A model generated the notes under the pieces. That model ran no database searches. It had not been told where the DNA came from and worked only from the letters and a program-made list of their open reading frames with translations. From Cycas panzhihuaensis (taxonomy: Eukaryota > Plantae > Cycadophyta), in NCBI GenBank assembly GCA_023213395.1, contig CM041465.1, forward strand, positions 158,169,741 through 158,233,740: DNA of 64,000 bases. The letters are read 5' to 3'. The translations under genes and the position numbers were made by a program. This document shows, in pieces, positions 63,203-64,000 of the stretch. Numbering within the stretch: the first letter of the stretch is position 1; each line of letters begins with the position of its first letter.

Positions 63203-64000
63203 TATAATATAACCCCACTTTCATAAACATTAATAAGCAAGAACCACCAAAGAGTTAAGTATCAATGTTAGTTATTAAGCTCTATGCACAGGTTGCTAAG
63301 CCCTCTAATAAGATGTAAGGCGATTAAGGCTTCTAATAAGATCATAAGAAAGAGACCCCCCTTGTGTCTATTTAAGGGTTGAAGATCACTTATAAGACAT
63401 TGACTATTGTTATTATTTTAAAGAGAAAGTACTTCAATACTCCTTTTTTGTACTTATTATATTTTTGTATGATCTATTCTAAATAAGTACTCAATTGACG
63501 CTTCATCTCCCATTTGCATTGGATTTACAAGGCTAATTTCTAGAAGTTATGCTCCAAGTGGTATTAGAGGTCAAGTTGGTGACCTTGTAGAAGTATTCTA
63601 GAAGTAGAAAAAGGGAATCCCCCCCTCCCCCCCCCCCCCCCAAATAATATTCATAACCCTTCTCATGCAAAAATTTATTTAGTTTTTAGTCATCTCTATT
63701 TTCTATAGTTTTAATTTTTAAATATTTCTACTCAGATTTACTCCCTCTCTCCCTTCCCCTCCTCAGGTAGATAACTTTACTTGGTAACTGCCTAATTTAG
63801 TAGAGACCTTGTGTTAGGGGTCTATAAAAAGCATAGGGATCTATCATTCTGGTTAAGTGCACTATAGCATTTCTAATCAATGTGTGAAGGACTAGAGATA
63901 ACACTCCTAAACTAAGGACTAAACATAACATAGTTTTGGAATTATGTTTTCATATACCCTCGTGTATATAGGAGGATCCTTATAAGCTCCTTCTCTATCC
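63203..64000 (+). mobile_element. G4: 5' LTR, PBS and leader of a G3-related Gypsy inserted in the G2 integrase C-terminus; truncated by the window end
   Basis: LTR at 63203-63556 resembles the reverse complement of the G3 LTR (t(g/a)taatataacccc..., aaagagaaagtacttca, ends tcca). PBS tggtattagagg at 63559. Leader blocks are homologous to G3. Confidence 0.88.

Overview
This is AT-rich, strongly CpG-depleted plant intergenic or heterochromatic DNA made almost entirely of nested, decayed retrotransposons. I found no intact host gene, RNA gene or CRISPR array. Six LTR elements (one Gag-only, three Copia with pol plus the protease-deleted C1, two chromoviral Gypsy; see list) and one L1 LINE could be delimited by eye with both ends and target-site duplications. 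They are E1, a Gag-only Copia-type element (3055-7085); Gypsy G1 (13782-41941), which holds Copia C1 (17008-29042, containing a full-length RNase-H-bearing L1 at 18841-24862) and Copia C2 (29270-39829, containing Copia C3 at 30352-35560); and Copia C4 (47619-61523), which holds Gypsy G3 (48184-54684). C4 and G4 (63203 to window end) sit inside a partial Gypsy, G2 (from 44592). Older remnants and a ~650 bp compound (AT)n microsatellite fill the rest. All coding regions carry stops or frameshifts, mostly from C>T/G>A decay. The best candidates for undescribed biology are (1) a collinear set of five short motifs and hairpins shared by the 5' leaders of Copia C4 and Gypsy G3/G4, possibly a cross-superfamily structured RNA, and (2) a hairpin bracketing the PPT/3'LTR junction in all five Copia-type elements despite unrelated arm sequences. 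The organism cannot be identified; a large-genome, heavily methylated seed plant (gymnosperm-like) is inference only. Divergence values are manual estimates.
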